Below, in pieces: positions 53,206 to 64,000 of a stretch of 64,000 bases of DNA. The translations under genes were made by a program, and so were the position numbers. Numbering within the stretch: the first letter of the stretch is position 1; the number at the start of each line of letters is the position of its first letter. Under the pieces are notes generated by a model. It was not told where the DNA came from, searched no databases, and was given only the letters and a program-made list of their open reading frames with translations. The stretch comes from Pecten maximus (lineage: Eukaryota). Location of the stretch: NCBI RefSeq assembly GCF_902652985.1, contig NC_047026.1, positions 35,402,001 to 35,466,000 of the forward strand, given 5' to 3'.

Positions 53206-54444
53206 AATTTAAACCCACTCGTCGAGATATGTTGTCTTCTCACAAATCTTGTGACGGTTAATATGTTCCACAGGTTATTCTTAAACAACGAGATGAATCA
53301 ATGATAGATCCCCGTTGAAGTATTGGTCAGTAGGACCTATAGTCCGGAATCGCCATTGTGCAGTATTTGCTTCTTAGTCACGATCTCTCCTCCATTTCGT
53401 CACACAAAGTGACAACATGCCAAAGATTACAATGTTTGTTGGACTAATCATGAGAATAAGAGGATAGTAAAACATGGAGATTCAATAAATCAACTTAGAA
53501 AAATGATAATTATGGATTAAAACGTATGCTCTACGTTATATATATAAGATATGTAGGGATACTACAAAACATCGAGGGGTCATACGAAGGGTAAAACAAA
53601 ATATCAAGGGGTCATAAGAAGGGTAAAACAAAACGTCGAGGGGTCGTACGAAGGGTGATAAACCTTGGAGGGGTCGTACGAAGGGTGATAAAAATGGGAG
53701 GTGTCGTACAAAGGGTGAACAAAACATCGAGGGGTCGTACGAAGGATGATAAACCTGGGAGGGGTCGTACAAAGGGTGAACAAAACGTCGAGGGGTCGTA
53801 CAAAGGGTGAACAAAACGTCGAGGGGTCGTACGAAGAGTGAACAAAACGTCGAGGGGTCGTACGAAGGGTGAGCAAAATATCAAGGGGTCGTGCGAATAG
53901 TGAGCAAAACATCGGGGGGTCGTACGAAGAGTGAACAAAACGTCGAGGGGTCGTACGAAGAGTGAACAAAATATCGAGGGGTCGTACGAACGGTAAAACA
54001 AAATATCGAGGGGTCGTACGAACGGTAAAACAAAATATCGAGGGGTCGTACGAAGGGTGAACAAAACATCTAGGTGTCGTACGAAGAGTAAAACAAAACA
54101 TCGAGGGGTCGTACAAAGAGTGAAAAAAACATCGAGGGGTCATACGAAGAGTGAACAAAACATCGAGGGGTCGTTCGAGGGGTGAACAAAATATCGAGGG
54201 GTCGTTCGAAGAGTGAACAAAACATCGAGGGGTCGTACGAAGGGTGAACAAAACGTCGAGGGGTCATACGAAGAGTGAACAAAACATCTAGGGGTCGTTC
54301 GAAGAGTGAACAAAACGTCGAGGGGTCGTACGAAGAGTGAACAAAACGTCGAGGGGTCGTACGAAGAGTGAACAAAACATCGAGGGGTCGTACGAAGAGT
54401 GAACAAAACATCGAGGGGTCGTACGAAGAGTGAACAGGACTTGA

Positions 54445-54456
54445 CAAGATGGCGGC
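54445..54456 (+). promoter_or_regulatory. YY1-like site in the LINE internal promoter
   Basis: CAAGATGGCGGC within the first 20 nt of the element matches the YY1 consensus. Confidence 0.6.
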
Positions 54457-54852
54457 GCCCTATGATGACCGGGTATGGCGAGCTCCGTAGTTTTTGACAT
54501 TTTTTGTGCATTTCCAAGATGAACTCGGATGTGAAGTCCTGAGCGAGGACGGAGGCAAGTCGCTGCAATGTAAGCATCTCGCTGTTTTGCTTATCCGTGA
54601 TATACTTTGTGACTTCTGCAACGTTTACCGTATTGTGAGTTGTGTGTTTATACTATTATTGAATGCATTGTACCATGACCCCGAGTGCTCACCTGTATTG
54701 AAGGTACATGTATATGGACGCACGCACAAAACACGACCGAAAATTCGTCACGCTCCATTGACACTCTACTACTCTGAGGATTTATATCGGCCTCATGTGG
54801 ACTTCTAAAGGAGAATTATTATAGTATTTCTTGCGATAACCGTTTCACAACC

Positions 54853-56115
54853 ATGGGTAAAAGCAAAAAAAGGAAGAAGAAGGATTTAGATGAAGGAGAT
54901 GAAAGCGTGAGCAGTAACAATTCTTCAAGTACTATGAGTAGTATACTGAACGCTGTCAGTGGCGTACTGTACGGCAGCCCTACCAAGCTCACACCCATTC
55001 CCCCATCGTCCACTCCGAAACCGACATTTAGAGCCACGGATAAAGTTGATGAACAGCGCTTCGACGAAACCAACCGTAAACTCGACTTTATTCTCAGTAA
55101 AATAGAGAAGCTAGACAAGCTAGACGTGATTGAGGAACATCTCTCCCATCTATCTACTCGAGTTAGTGAAGTCGAAAGACGGGTGTTGGACGCTGAGCGG
55201 AGATGTGGTGAATTTGAAACCACGGCTAGTTTTGTATCGGGAAAATACGACGAAATCAACGCCAAGTGGGTTAACAACAGTGATTTGACAGCGGCAGTCA
55301 AAAAGCATGAAGCAACCATTACTGAACTTTCAAGACAGTTAGAAACTCTCCGATTAGATCGCGATGACACCAAGCAGACGGTACTAGACCTACAGTGCAG
55401 GTCTATGAAGTACAACCTTGTGTTCACTGGACTAGGTGGAGAATCCCGGATTGAGGACACCTTAGCTCTCATTAGAGACTTCGTGTATATTGAACTCGGC
55501 ATAGAACGCAAAATAGAATTTGGAAATGTCCACCGGTTTGGAAGGTACATGCGTGGTAAGCCCCGGCCGATTGTTGCCAGATTTGTATACCACCAAGATC
55601 TCCAGTTGGTCAAGGGCAGATCATTTCATCTAAAAGGGACCCCGTTTGGCATACACGAGCAGTATCCCGTGGAAATAGAAGAGAGACGAAAGAAGCTGTA
55701 TCCGGTCCTCCGAAGCCACAAGAACGCGGGTCAGACCGTGAAGCTGGTCAGAGACCGACTTTACATAAACGGCATCCAGTATGAGGAAGGTCAGAATGCT
55801 GGCGATAGCTACGCAGCCAACCGCGCCCATCAACACACCGGAAGGACAAGAGAACCAACTTCAGGCCCAGAGGACAGGCAGCCCGTCCCCACCTCTGGTG
55901 GCGGTCAGCAGCGGCCTCCCATTGCTCCGCGGCGGAGAGTTCCGCATGGGACTCCGTCCCGCGCTTCGAACGGACGCGCTTCTAACACCAACACGGCGAG
56001 AACGAGGCCGACCGGTGCTCCCAACCATTACAATCAGCCACCCAACACCAGAGGTTCACAGCGAACTTGGGATTCCAACGCTATTCCGCGTGATTCTCGG
56101 CTGAACGACAGGTAG
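54853..56115 (+). CDS. LINE ORF1 protein (coiled coil, L1-type RRM/CTD, basic disordered tail), 420 aa
   Basis: Heptad-rich segment followed by LQCRSMKYNLVFTGL, VHRFG, KPRPIVARF, IHEQYP.EIEERRKKL, KLVRDRLYING. Confidence 0.9.
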   Translation: MGKSKKRKKKDLDEGDESVSSNNSSSTMSSILNAVSGVLYGSPTKLTPIPPSSTPKPTFRATDKVDEQRFDETNRKLDFILSKIEKLDKLDVIEEHLSHLSTRVSEVERRVLDAERRCGEFETTASFVSGKYDEINAKWVNNSDLTAAVKKHEATITELSRQLETLRLDRDDTKQTVLDLQCRSMKYNLVFTGLGGESRIEDTLALIRDFVYIELGIERKIEFGNVHRFGRYMRGKPRPIVARFVYHQDLQLVKGRSFHLKGTPFGIHEQYPVEIEERRKKLYPVLRSHKNAGQTVKLVRDRLYINGIQYEEGQNAGDSYAANRAHQHTGRTREPTSGPEDRQPVPTSGGGQQRPPIAPRRRVPHGTPSRASNGRASNTNTARTRPTGAPNHYNQPPNTRGSQRTWDSNAIPRDSRLNDR

Positions 56116-59100
56116 GACAGTGAGGAGGGTGATCTGTCAATCCTATCGTGGAACATAGGCAAAGGACTTGTCAACAAGCTCAATGACCCTGACTTTTTAG
56201 AAATTGTTAATAAGCATGACATTATATTTCTCTCAAATGTTGGATCTCCAACACAGATGAAGCAGATTTACCTGGGTATTGTACATACGTTTTCCCAAGA
56301 ACTACTGGTAAAGGAGGCGGTATAGTGATTTTTTATAAAAGTAATTGCGCCAATTATGTTCGGCTTGTTGAAAATATATATGAGTGTATATACTGGGTAG
56401 AAGTTAGTACATGTAATTTATTAGAACCTTTATTTCTATGTTTTTGTTACTTTCCACCGGAAAATAGTGTGTTTTATCATAATCGTGATATCGATATTTT
56501 TCAAAATCTTGAAGATTCTATTATCCGTTATAAAACGAACGGAAACATCTATGTTACCGGTGACCTTAATGCTAGAACAGGAACTAGGGACGATTTTATT
56601 GCAAATGATGGTCTTAACAGGTCAGATATCAATAATGTTTTTAACTATAATAACGATTCAACTACTTCTAAACGTACGAACATGGACAAAAACGTAAACA
56701 CTTATGGAAGAAAATTATTATCCGTATGTAAATCTACCAGCATACGTATTGTAAACGGGCGTCATGCAGATGATAAGCAAGGGAGTTTTACTTTTTATAG
56801 CACAAATGGCACAAGCCTAATTGATTATCTGCTTGTGGACTGTGAATATATGTCACGTGTTCGACATTTTTCTTCCGGCGAGTTTAATACTCTGTCTGAT
56901 CATTCACCATTGTCTTTTACTCTTGAATGTAGTTATTTGAATGAAAATGTAAACCATGATGATAAATCATGTACAGGTAGTACTCTACCAAATGTCCGAT
57001 GGAATGGAGATAATGTTGATAATATATCTAATGGTCTTAACGAAATGGCGGAAGTACTTATGAATACCTGTGGTATGCCTTTTAATACTAAAGAAGATGT
57101 TGATGTATGTATAGCCAACTTTTGTGGCATTGTAAATGATATAGTATTACCTAATTGTGATATTAAAACTTCGAACTATCAATCGAAATGTAGTGCATCA
57201 AATAAGGCGAAAACAAAGACAGAGGACAAACCATGGTTTTCAGAAGAGTGTAAAAGAAAATACGGGGAATATAAAAAGGCCTTATTTGACTATAATATAT
57301 GCAAGTCTGTTTCAAATCACACTATTCTCATAAGAAAAAAGGCTGCGTACAAAAAATTAGAATTTAGATTAAAAAGGCAATATATGCGTCAAGAAGGTAA
57401 TATGGTTGAGTTTCTCAGAAAGTCTAACCCCAAACAATTTTACAAATATTTCTCAAAACGTCGAAATAACGCCTCAAATTCTAATATTAATATGGAGGAA
57501 TTCGTAGAACACTTCAAAAACTTGGGCGGAGACAGTAATTCTATTTTAGACAATATTCCTCTAGATATGTCAAATGAAAACACAGATTTCGCTGTGTTTG
57601 AAGAACTAGATCAACCATTTACTGAAGATGAGGTACATATCGCCATTCGAAATCTAAAAAGAGATCAAAGTTGTAGCGAAGATTGTATCTTTAATGAGTT
57701 ATTTTTAGAATTTGAGGAAATTATGCTTCCGTGTATTACGAAATTATACTCTAGTTTATTTGAATTTGGTTATTTCCCGGAAATTTGGTCACGTGGTTGT
57801 ATAGTACCGATTCATAAAAAGGGGGATGTTAACGACACAGGAAATTATAGAGGCATAACCCTGGTTAGCTGTATGGGGAAACTATTTACATCGGTCCTGA
57901 ATAGAAGACTTTTAAAATGGGATAAAGACAATAACGTTATTTCTGATGCCCAATTTGGTTTTAAAGAGGGTAGTTCAACTGTCGACGCAATATTTGCGCT
58001 CCAATCTCTGGTTAACAAAACATTAAAAAATAAAAAGAGATTGTATTGCTGTTTTGTAGACTACAAAAAAGCATTTGATCTTATTGACAGAAGTAGTCTT
58101 TGGTGTAAACTTGTAAAGCAGGGAGTCCAGGGGAAATTATTAAAGATTATAAAATCTTTGTACGATAATGTAAAATCTTGTGTTAAGTACAATGGTCATA
58201 TTTCAGATTATTTCAATAACCAAATCGGTCTCTTTCAAGGGGAAGTCCTCTCGCCGATTTTATATAGTCTTTTTGTCAATGATTGTGAAATGAATTTTAT
58301 TACTGAAAACAGTCCATCTGTTGAAATAGGTTTGATTACAATATTTTTGCTTATGTACGCGGATGACTCGGTTTTATTAGCAGAATCACCAGGTGATTTG
58401 CAATCTATGTTAAATGCACTGCTCCTGTACAACAACAAATGGAAACTTACACTTAATGTAAATAAAACGAAAATATTGATTTTTAGAAATGGTGGACGGG
58501 TAAGAGAAGATGAAAAATGGTTTTATAATAACATTGAAATTGAAGCTGTAAATGAGTTTAATTATTTGGGTATGCTTTTTAATTTTAACGGCAAATTCAA
58601 CAAAACACAGCAACATGCGGCAGAAAAGGGAAGAAAATCATATTTTTCATTATTAAATAAGATGAAAAATCATAACTTTAATGTTGAAACTTTATGTTCA
58701 GTTTTTGACACATATGTAAGTAGTGTATTAGGGTATGCAAGTGAAATATGGGGTTTTCACAGAGCTGTAGAAGTTGAGAGAGTGCATACACGCTTCTGTA
58801 AATATGTCTTAGGTGTTGCCAAAAATACATGTAATGACCTAGTTTATTTTGAATTAGGTAGACTGCCAATGTATATTGTTAGAAAATTAAAAATATTGAA
58901 ATATTGGATCAAAGTTAAAGATACAGATAATTGTGTGGTGAAAGCATGCTATAAGCAAAGGTTGTTAGATAATGATGAATGGACTGTAAATATCAGATTA
59001 GAATTGGATAAGTTAGGGTTGGGATACCTATGGAACAGTAATTACGAAGGGAAAACAATGTATAAATTGATTGAAAACAAATTCCATGAAATTCACACAC

Positions 59101-59522
59101 ATGAAATGTTGTCAAATATTAGAAACTCTCCGAAAGGTGTTTTGTATCAACATTTGATAGATAATGACGGTCTGCAATTTTATTTAAGAAAACCTATTGA
59201 TAAATTATATAAGAAAGGTATTTCAAGAATACGATTGTCCTCACATCAGCTTAATATAGAAAGTGGAAGATATACGAATATCGCTAGATCAGATAGATTG
59301 TGTACGGTATGTAATAACCGTGATATTGAGGACGAGTTTCATTTTATTCTTAAATGTCCTTTTTATTCAAATCTACGTGCTAAATACCTAAAGCCATACT
59401 ATTTTCGTAAACCTAGTGTATTTAAACTTGTCCAACTACTTAGCGTAAATAATGTCAAGGAGTTGAATAATCTGGGGAAATTTATACATTTTGCATTTAA
59501 GCAACGCTCTGATGCATCATAA
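56116..59522 (+). CDS. LINE ORF2 (endonuclease-reverse transcriptase); 1-bp frameshift near 56235, main open part 56325-59522
   Basis: APE motifs ILSWNI, DIIFLS[E]CW, GGG, YFPP, TGDLNAR, SLIDY, LSDHSP; RT motifs YRGITL, QFGF, FVDYKKAFD, GLFQGEVLSP, YADD, YLG; C-terminal RLCTVC..EDEFHFILKCP. Confidence 0.92.
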
Positions 59523-61907
59523 TTTAGGTAAATTTATTTATGAAAATCTTGAAAAATATTATCTATGTACATCTTAATATCTATAATATTAGGACAATGA
59601 ATAGCCATGTACTGTTTGGTATAATGTATGTGTATTGGTGTACATGGGCGAGGATGCGTGCGCATGCGTACCCGTGAGGATGTGATCATGTGTGAGTAAC
59701 TGTGTAGGTATCCTTGTAAGGGTGCGTTTATATATATTTGTCACTCTCCTGTTAATTGCTGCATCAATTGTGTACTATTATTATCATGTTATATGTCATG
59801 AATCTCATAAGCCGTAAGGCTTACTGAATAAACAAATTGAGAAATTGAAATTGAACAAAACATCGAGGGGTCGTACGAAGAGTGAACAAAACGTCGAGGG
59901 GTCGTACGAAGAGTGAACAAAACGTCGAGGGGTCGTACGAAGAGTGAACAAAACGTCGAGGGGTCATACGAACGGTGAACAAAACATCGAGGGGTCGTTC
60001 GAAGAGTGGACAAAACATCGAGGGGTCGTACGAAGAGTGAACAAAACGTCGAGGGGTCATACGAACGGTGAACAAAACATCGAGGGGTCGTACAAAGAGT
60101 TAACAAAACGTCGAGGGGTCGTTCGAAGAGTGGACAAAACATCGAGGGGTCGTTCGAGGGATGAACAAAACATCGAGGGGTCGTACGAACGGTGAACAAA
60201 ACATCGAGGGGTCGTACGAAGGGTGAACAAAATATCGAGTGACCGTACTTGTACATTGTATCTCACTGCTATAGAACACCATGTATACATTAGAGTGACA
60301 AAATCGCCATTTTATTATTACGTTTGTTTTATGATTCTAGGTTACTTAGTATAACAGATGCAGTAGTTATGACACCTCTAACAAATATTTCCGTCTCTTG
60401 TCAGGTATTTTTCATGTCTGCTATGCTAAACAGTGGTTAAAAGCACAGACGTCTGCTTTTGTTTAGAATTAATAGGAACAAATATTAGCCCCACTCATAC
60501 AATATATTTATATATATATGTTTCTATTAATACTACCAGTAACCGACGCCTGTGGTGAAAGCGCGGTTTCCGTGCTCCATAGAATTCATATATTCTAATA
60601 TCGTTATCCGAGCGGAACCTGACACAGTATCATCGGTAAAAATAGAATGTAGGAACACGAGATTGAATCATGATCACTGAAGCATGACAACACTTTTATC
60701 AATAAAATATCCCTTCAGAGTTAGAGCACATCAACAAAATTCCCCTTTCTTACAAGAATAATTGAATGTGGTTGCCATCCAGAAGATTGCACGATCTACG
60801 AGCGCGAGGTGTGTATCTTCGTTCTCGTTCTCGGTCTTGAATCCTGCATCCTTACAGGAAAAGGTAAGTTCATACTTGAAAACACGTATGGAGGGAAAGC
60901 GTTTGTGTATAATATCAGTGGGGAAACCGGAAATCAGGAGATTTCCTCCATATTTTTCTCGGATATTTCCTCGGTATTTTCAAAATGATTAATATTTACC
61001 TTTTTACTATCAAATAAGACAGTGATGGTGTTTCTTGCTTTATCAATTGTCCAAGTGAATCACATTTATATCTACAACAGATCCAAGGCGTTGTAAAAGA
61101 GAATATCTATAATACCATTGGTCACCTATGTGTTTTGGATATGGATAAGTAGCTCGATATGGCATTTAGATGTTGAATGTTTTGTAGCACGACAATTGAC
61201 ATTCAAATTTTGAATGTTGTGCAGCTCGACATTCGACATCCAACATTTTAATGTATTCACTGGACAATGATGGAACATTTGAATGTGATGCAAAACGACA
61301 TACGACATTTCGTATTTTATGGCTATGGGGGCCATAAATAGCTGATATTTTCGTGCTCTAGTAACATTTCGTTAAATATGACCCACTTATAACATGGAGG
61401 GTTATGAATTTAAGGTCATTCATGTTCAACTTGGTTGTAATCACGTGATCAAGCTTTCGCGGTAGTTTGAATTTGAATCGAAATTTACACGTGCTTTATG
61501 CTCCACTCGGTGTGACGCACGTGATCACACATCATTGATTTAGTTTGGGCCGTGCGATACAGCATTTTCCTGTATATGCATTGCCATTTGTTGAAGCATT
61601 TTTCTGATATCAGATACATGCGATGTAATAGGTTTCTTTTATATCAAAACATTAGTTTTTTAGAGTGGCGGCCATTGCCTAGCCTCTGGTTGGTCGAAAT
61701 TTAGAAATGAAAATATATAAAGGAGACAGGGACACTATTTGAAAGGGAAATACTTGTTCTAAGCTGCTATTAAAAACAACAGCAAAGAACAAAGACGTGC
61801 AAACGAAACCATAACCCTAAATCGAAATCAAAATATAAGCAAGTAATTGGCGCCGTCGTGTTAAACGATCAATAATGCTTGTATTGAATGGTTTTATTTA
61901 AGAAACA

Positions 61908-63814
61908 ATGGACAGTAACCTCGAAGATATTAAAGCGGGAGCGTTGTTTCAGAAGAAAGGGGAGATAATCAAACCAGTGATCCCTGAAGGTGCTGTTGAG
62001 GAAATTGTTAGAAACATATATGGCCTAGATGTTGTCAGCTTTGTAGAACTTATCAGTTATAACGACAGGAACTACCACGTGATTGTACACGACCAATCAA
62101 AAAACTCTTATATACCAGAAGTGTGGAAGCATGGCTATGTTTTGAAGATACTGAACAGCATGGACTCTAAGTGTCCAAGTATCGTTGGTAAGTGGATGTC
62201 ACCATCTGATTAGATATTTGATAGTAAAACAGGCCTACAATACGTAATAAAAACAAATGAACCTATATAGAGTGCATATCAAACATTAAAAGTTTATTTT
62301 CGATAATTAACATGTTCGATGAACAATTATAGAAAATGTGTTGCGTAACATATAGGCCTAAACAAATAATGAAGAAACTTAAAAAGTAAAAGCTTACACA
62401 TTTCCTCTGAAAACGACGATTGTAAATATTGTAAATGACCGTAAGACCTGTACTGGCGACAAAAAGCAAGGATTACACAAGTGGGCAAAATTATCGTTTA
62501 TTTCTTCCCAAATGTCGTATAGAGTAAATGAATGCCATATACAAGAACGACCTAGCGTGGAAAGTAATTGTTTATCATTGCATTACTTTGCTTCCCATTT
62601 GAATGTATAGGCTATTGTTCTATCATTCGTTTTGAATTTCCGAGATAGACCTCTTACTTTTCATTGTCAATCCGGTATCGTTATCAACATGCAAAAAAAA
62701 AAAAAAAGACAAAACAAAATGTAAATAGACTAGAAAGAGTAAAAAAGAAATCAGAAATCCGTCAGCGAATTTGTTCACTTATCGATGTCTAAATAATGAC
62801 TCCCAGCAAGTTATGATCTATCAGACCAAAGAGCGATACTCCCTGAGAGGGGGCCACTAAAGTAAATATAGTCGTGTCCCTAGGCTACGATCTATACATC
62901 GAGCTAAAACAAAAACAAATACAAAACAGTTTATTTATTGCATGCTTACAGGTACCTGATCTGCAAAGAACATATGTTCTTAAGATAATACTGACTATCA
63001 GTATAAGTTGTTGATAATTATTCAAAGAGGACGCGGTATCAAAGAGACAAAGAATGACCACGTAAAAGCTACTGTATTTGCCTTTGCAGAAGCTCATGAC
63101 CGACTTCTATGAGTCTCATTTGATTTTGCAGAAGCGCAGAACAGTCTTCTAAGTCATCTTCGAAAACAATTAAGCACACCGCTGCCAGAACATGTTCTCA
63201 CAACTTCCGGAGAGTCGATGTCCCTAGAAACGGTTTCTATGGAGAAAGATCCCAAAGGTATTCTTTTGTGTTATATCGTCGATCTAATGTTTCCGATTTT
63301 ATTACATTTCTCTACAAATACATTCTTTGTATGTCGTGTAGCATTTCAAAGTTACCACGTTGACGTACTGGTACAATATTACATGATCAATTGAAATCAT
63401 TTTTGATTGAGTAATTTAACTTACAATGTATGATACAAACATTTAATACATGAAGTAGAATTACAATTTACCGCGGACGTTGATTGAAGCTAACTAAAAA
63501 TTGTATATGCTCCTTTCTGTCAAGTATATGTTCTTTCTGTCTGTGTTTTGTCTTTTTGTTGCGAAGACGTTAATTAATAATTAGTTCTGTCCTGTACATA
63601 TGTATCTCTATAGTCAGTAAAGAACCGTAAAATGTATTTATATAAATCATATCCTCCTTAACCTTCCTCAGATCGGGATAGCGCCCCCTGTGGTACGTAT
63701 ATTGTGCGCTTGCTGAAATACATTCCTGGTGATATGCTGGACAATAATCCCTGTACACCCGGATTGTTATACAATGTCGGCAAATTTATCGGTACATTAT
63801 CGAACGCAACAAAG
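61908..63814 (+). CDS. HYKK: Hydroxylysine kinase-like, copy 2 (tandem paralogue), exons 1-3; continues beyond the window
   Basis: Exons 61908-62187, 63132-63257, 63672-63814; same intron phases as copy 1 and same lengths except exon 2 (+3 nt); no stops. Confidence 0.9.
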
Positions 63815-64000
63815 GTGAGTATTCCAGTCTGCTTTTTCACTCAAGTTGCCTGATGAGCTCTATTGAAATTGTGAACGTGTACTACTAGCTTCATTTTGAA
63901 GTATTATGATACAGTTTATTGCGTACACTTTAGTACCTGATATAAAGTGGTTAAACTGTTATATTCTAGCATTACTGATAATGTTCATATAGGAATTAAA

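Larger units (their letters stand above)
54437..59851 (+). mobile_element. Full-length non-LTR retrotransposon (APE-RT LINE, probably RTE-X/RTEX-like)
   Basis: 5' UTR, ORF1, ORF2 (EN, RT, Cys/His domain), 3' UTR hairpin AAGCC-GTAA-GGCTT, AATAAA and (AATTGA)n tail; TGAACA on both sides (54431-54436, 59852-59857). Clade assignment is inference. Confidence 0.95.
53565..60240. repeat. 31-bp CpG-rich minisatellite split by a LINE (53565-54436 and 59852-60240)
   Basis: Unit GAACAAAACATCGAGGGGTCGTACGAAGAGT on both sides of the LINE, resuming in register. Confidence 0.96.

Noticed and set aside
54437-54560. HDV-like ribozyme at the LINE 5' end
   Set aside because: Could not build the nested double pseudoknot by eye; a descriptor-based search is needed to exclude it.
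52437-54577. Long repetitive ORFs (MSTHVKCQH..., RTTPRCFVH...)
   Set aside because: Translations of the 17-bp and 31-bp minisatellites, open in several frames.
54819-55613. 264-aa antisense ORF
   Set aside because: Shadow of LINE ORF1 with no independent motif; an antisense product cannot be excluded without data.
40950-60240. CRISPR-like appearance of the 31-, 58- and 73-bp arrays
   Set aside because: Units are contiguous without unique spacers, no cas genes, eukaryotic context.
60780-60870. Possible non-coding first exon of HYKK copy 2 (AAG|GTAAGT at 60864); similar donor near 42661 for copy 1
   Set aside because: Only a donor consensus, with no transcript evidence.
63846-63880. Hammerhead ribozyme core CTGATGA...GAAA (also CTGATGAG at ~28423 and ~30502)
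   Set aside because: No paired stem II with a correctly placed GAAA, and no flanking stems.

Overview
AT-rich, intron-containing animal genomic DNA. The SINE types (V-, Meta- and CORE-domain tRNA-SINEs) and a TGACCTTGACC satellite motif suggest a bivalve mollusc (inference). Four protein-coding loci were assembled by hand from splice sites: an 11-exon SLC23/NAT (ascorbate/nucleobase) transporter (+, 12376-24896), a 2-exon divergent 7-TM GPCR-like gene (-, 28675-33161), a complete 5-exon hydroxylysine-kinase-like gene (+, 46241-51858) and the first 3 exons of its tandem paralogue (+, from 61908, running off the window). The rest is a dense mobilome: a near-intact full-length LINE (54437-59851), a 5'-truncated relative, older LINE and LTR fragments, four TIR-bounded DNA transposons with visible TSDs, several SINEs and more than a dozen tandem arrays. 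The most unusual observations: (1) the LINE ORF2 has no ATG and continues in frame directly after the ORF1 TAG, suggesting read-through; (2) a minisatellite built from an exon end multiplies a real splice donor; (3) a satellite is built from a SINE tRNA head; (4) a minisatellite sits near its unexpanded single-unit ancestor; (5) the orphan 7-TM receptor. No CRISPR arrays, rRNA genes or bona fide tRNA genes were seen.
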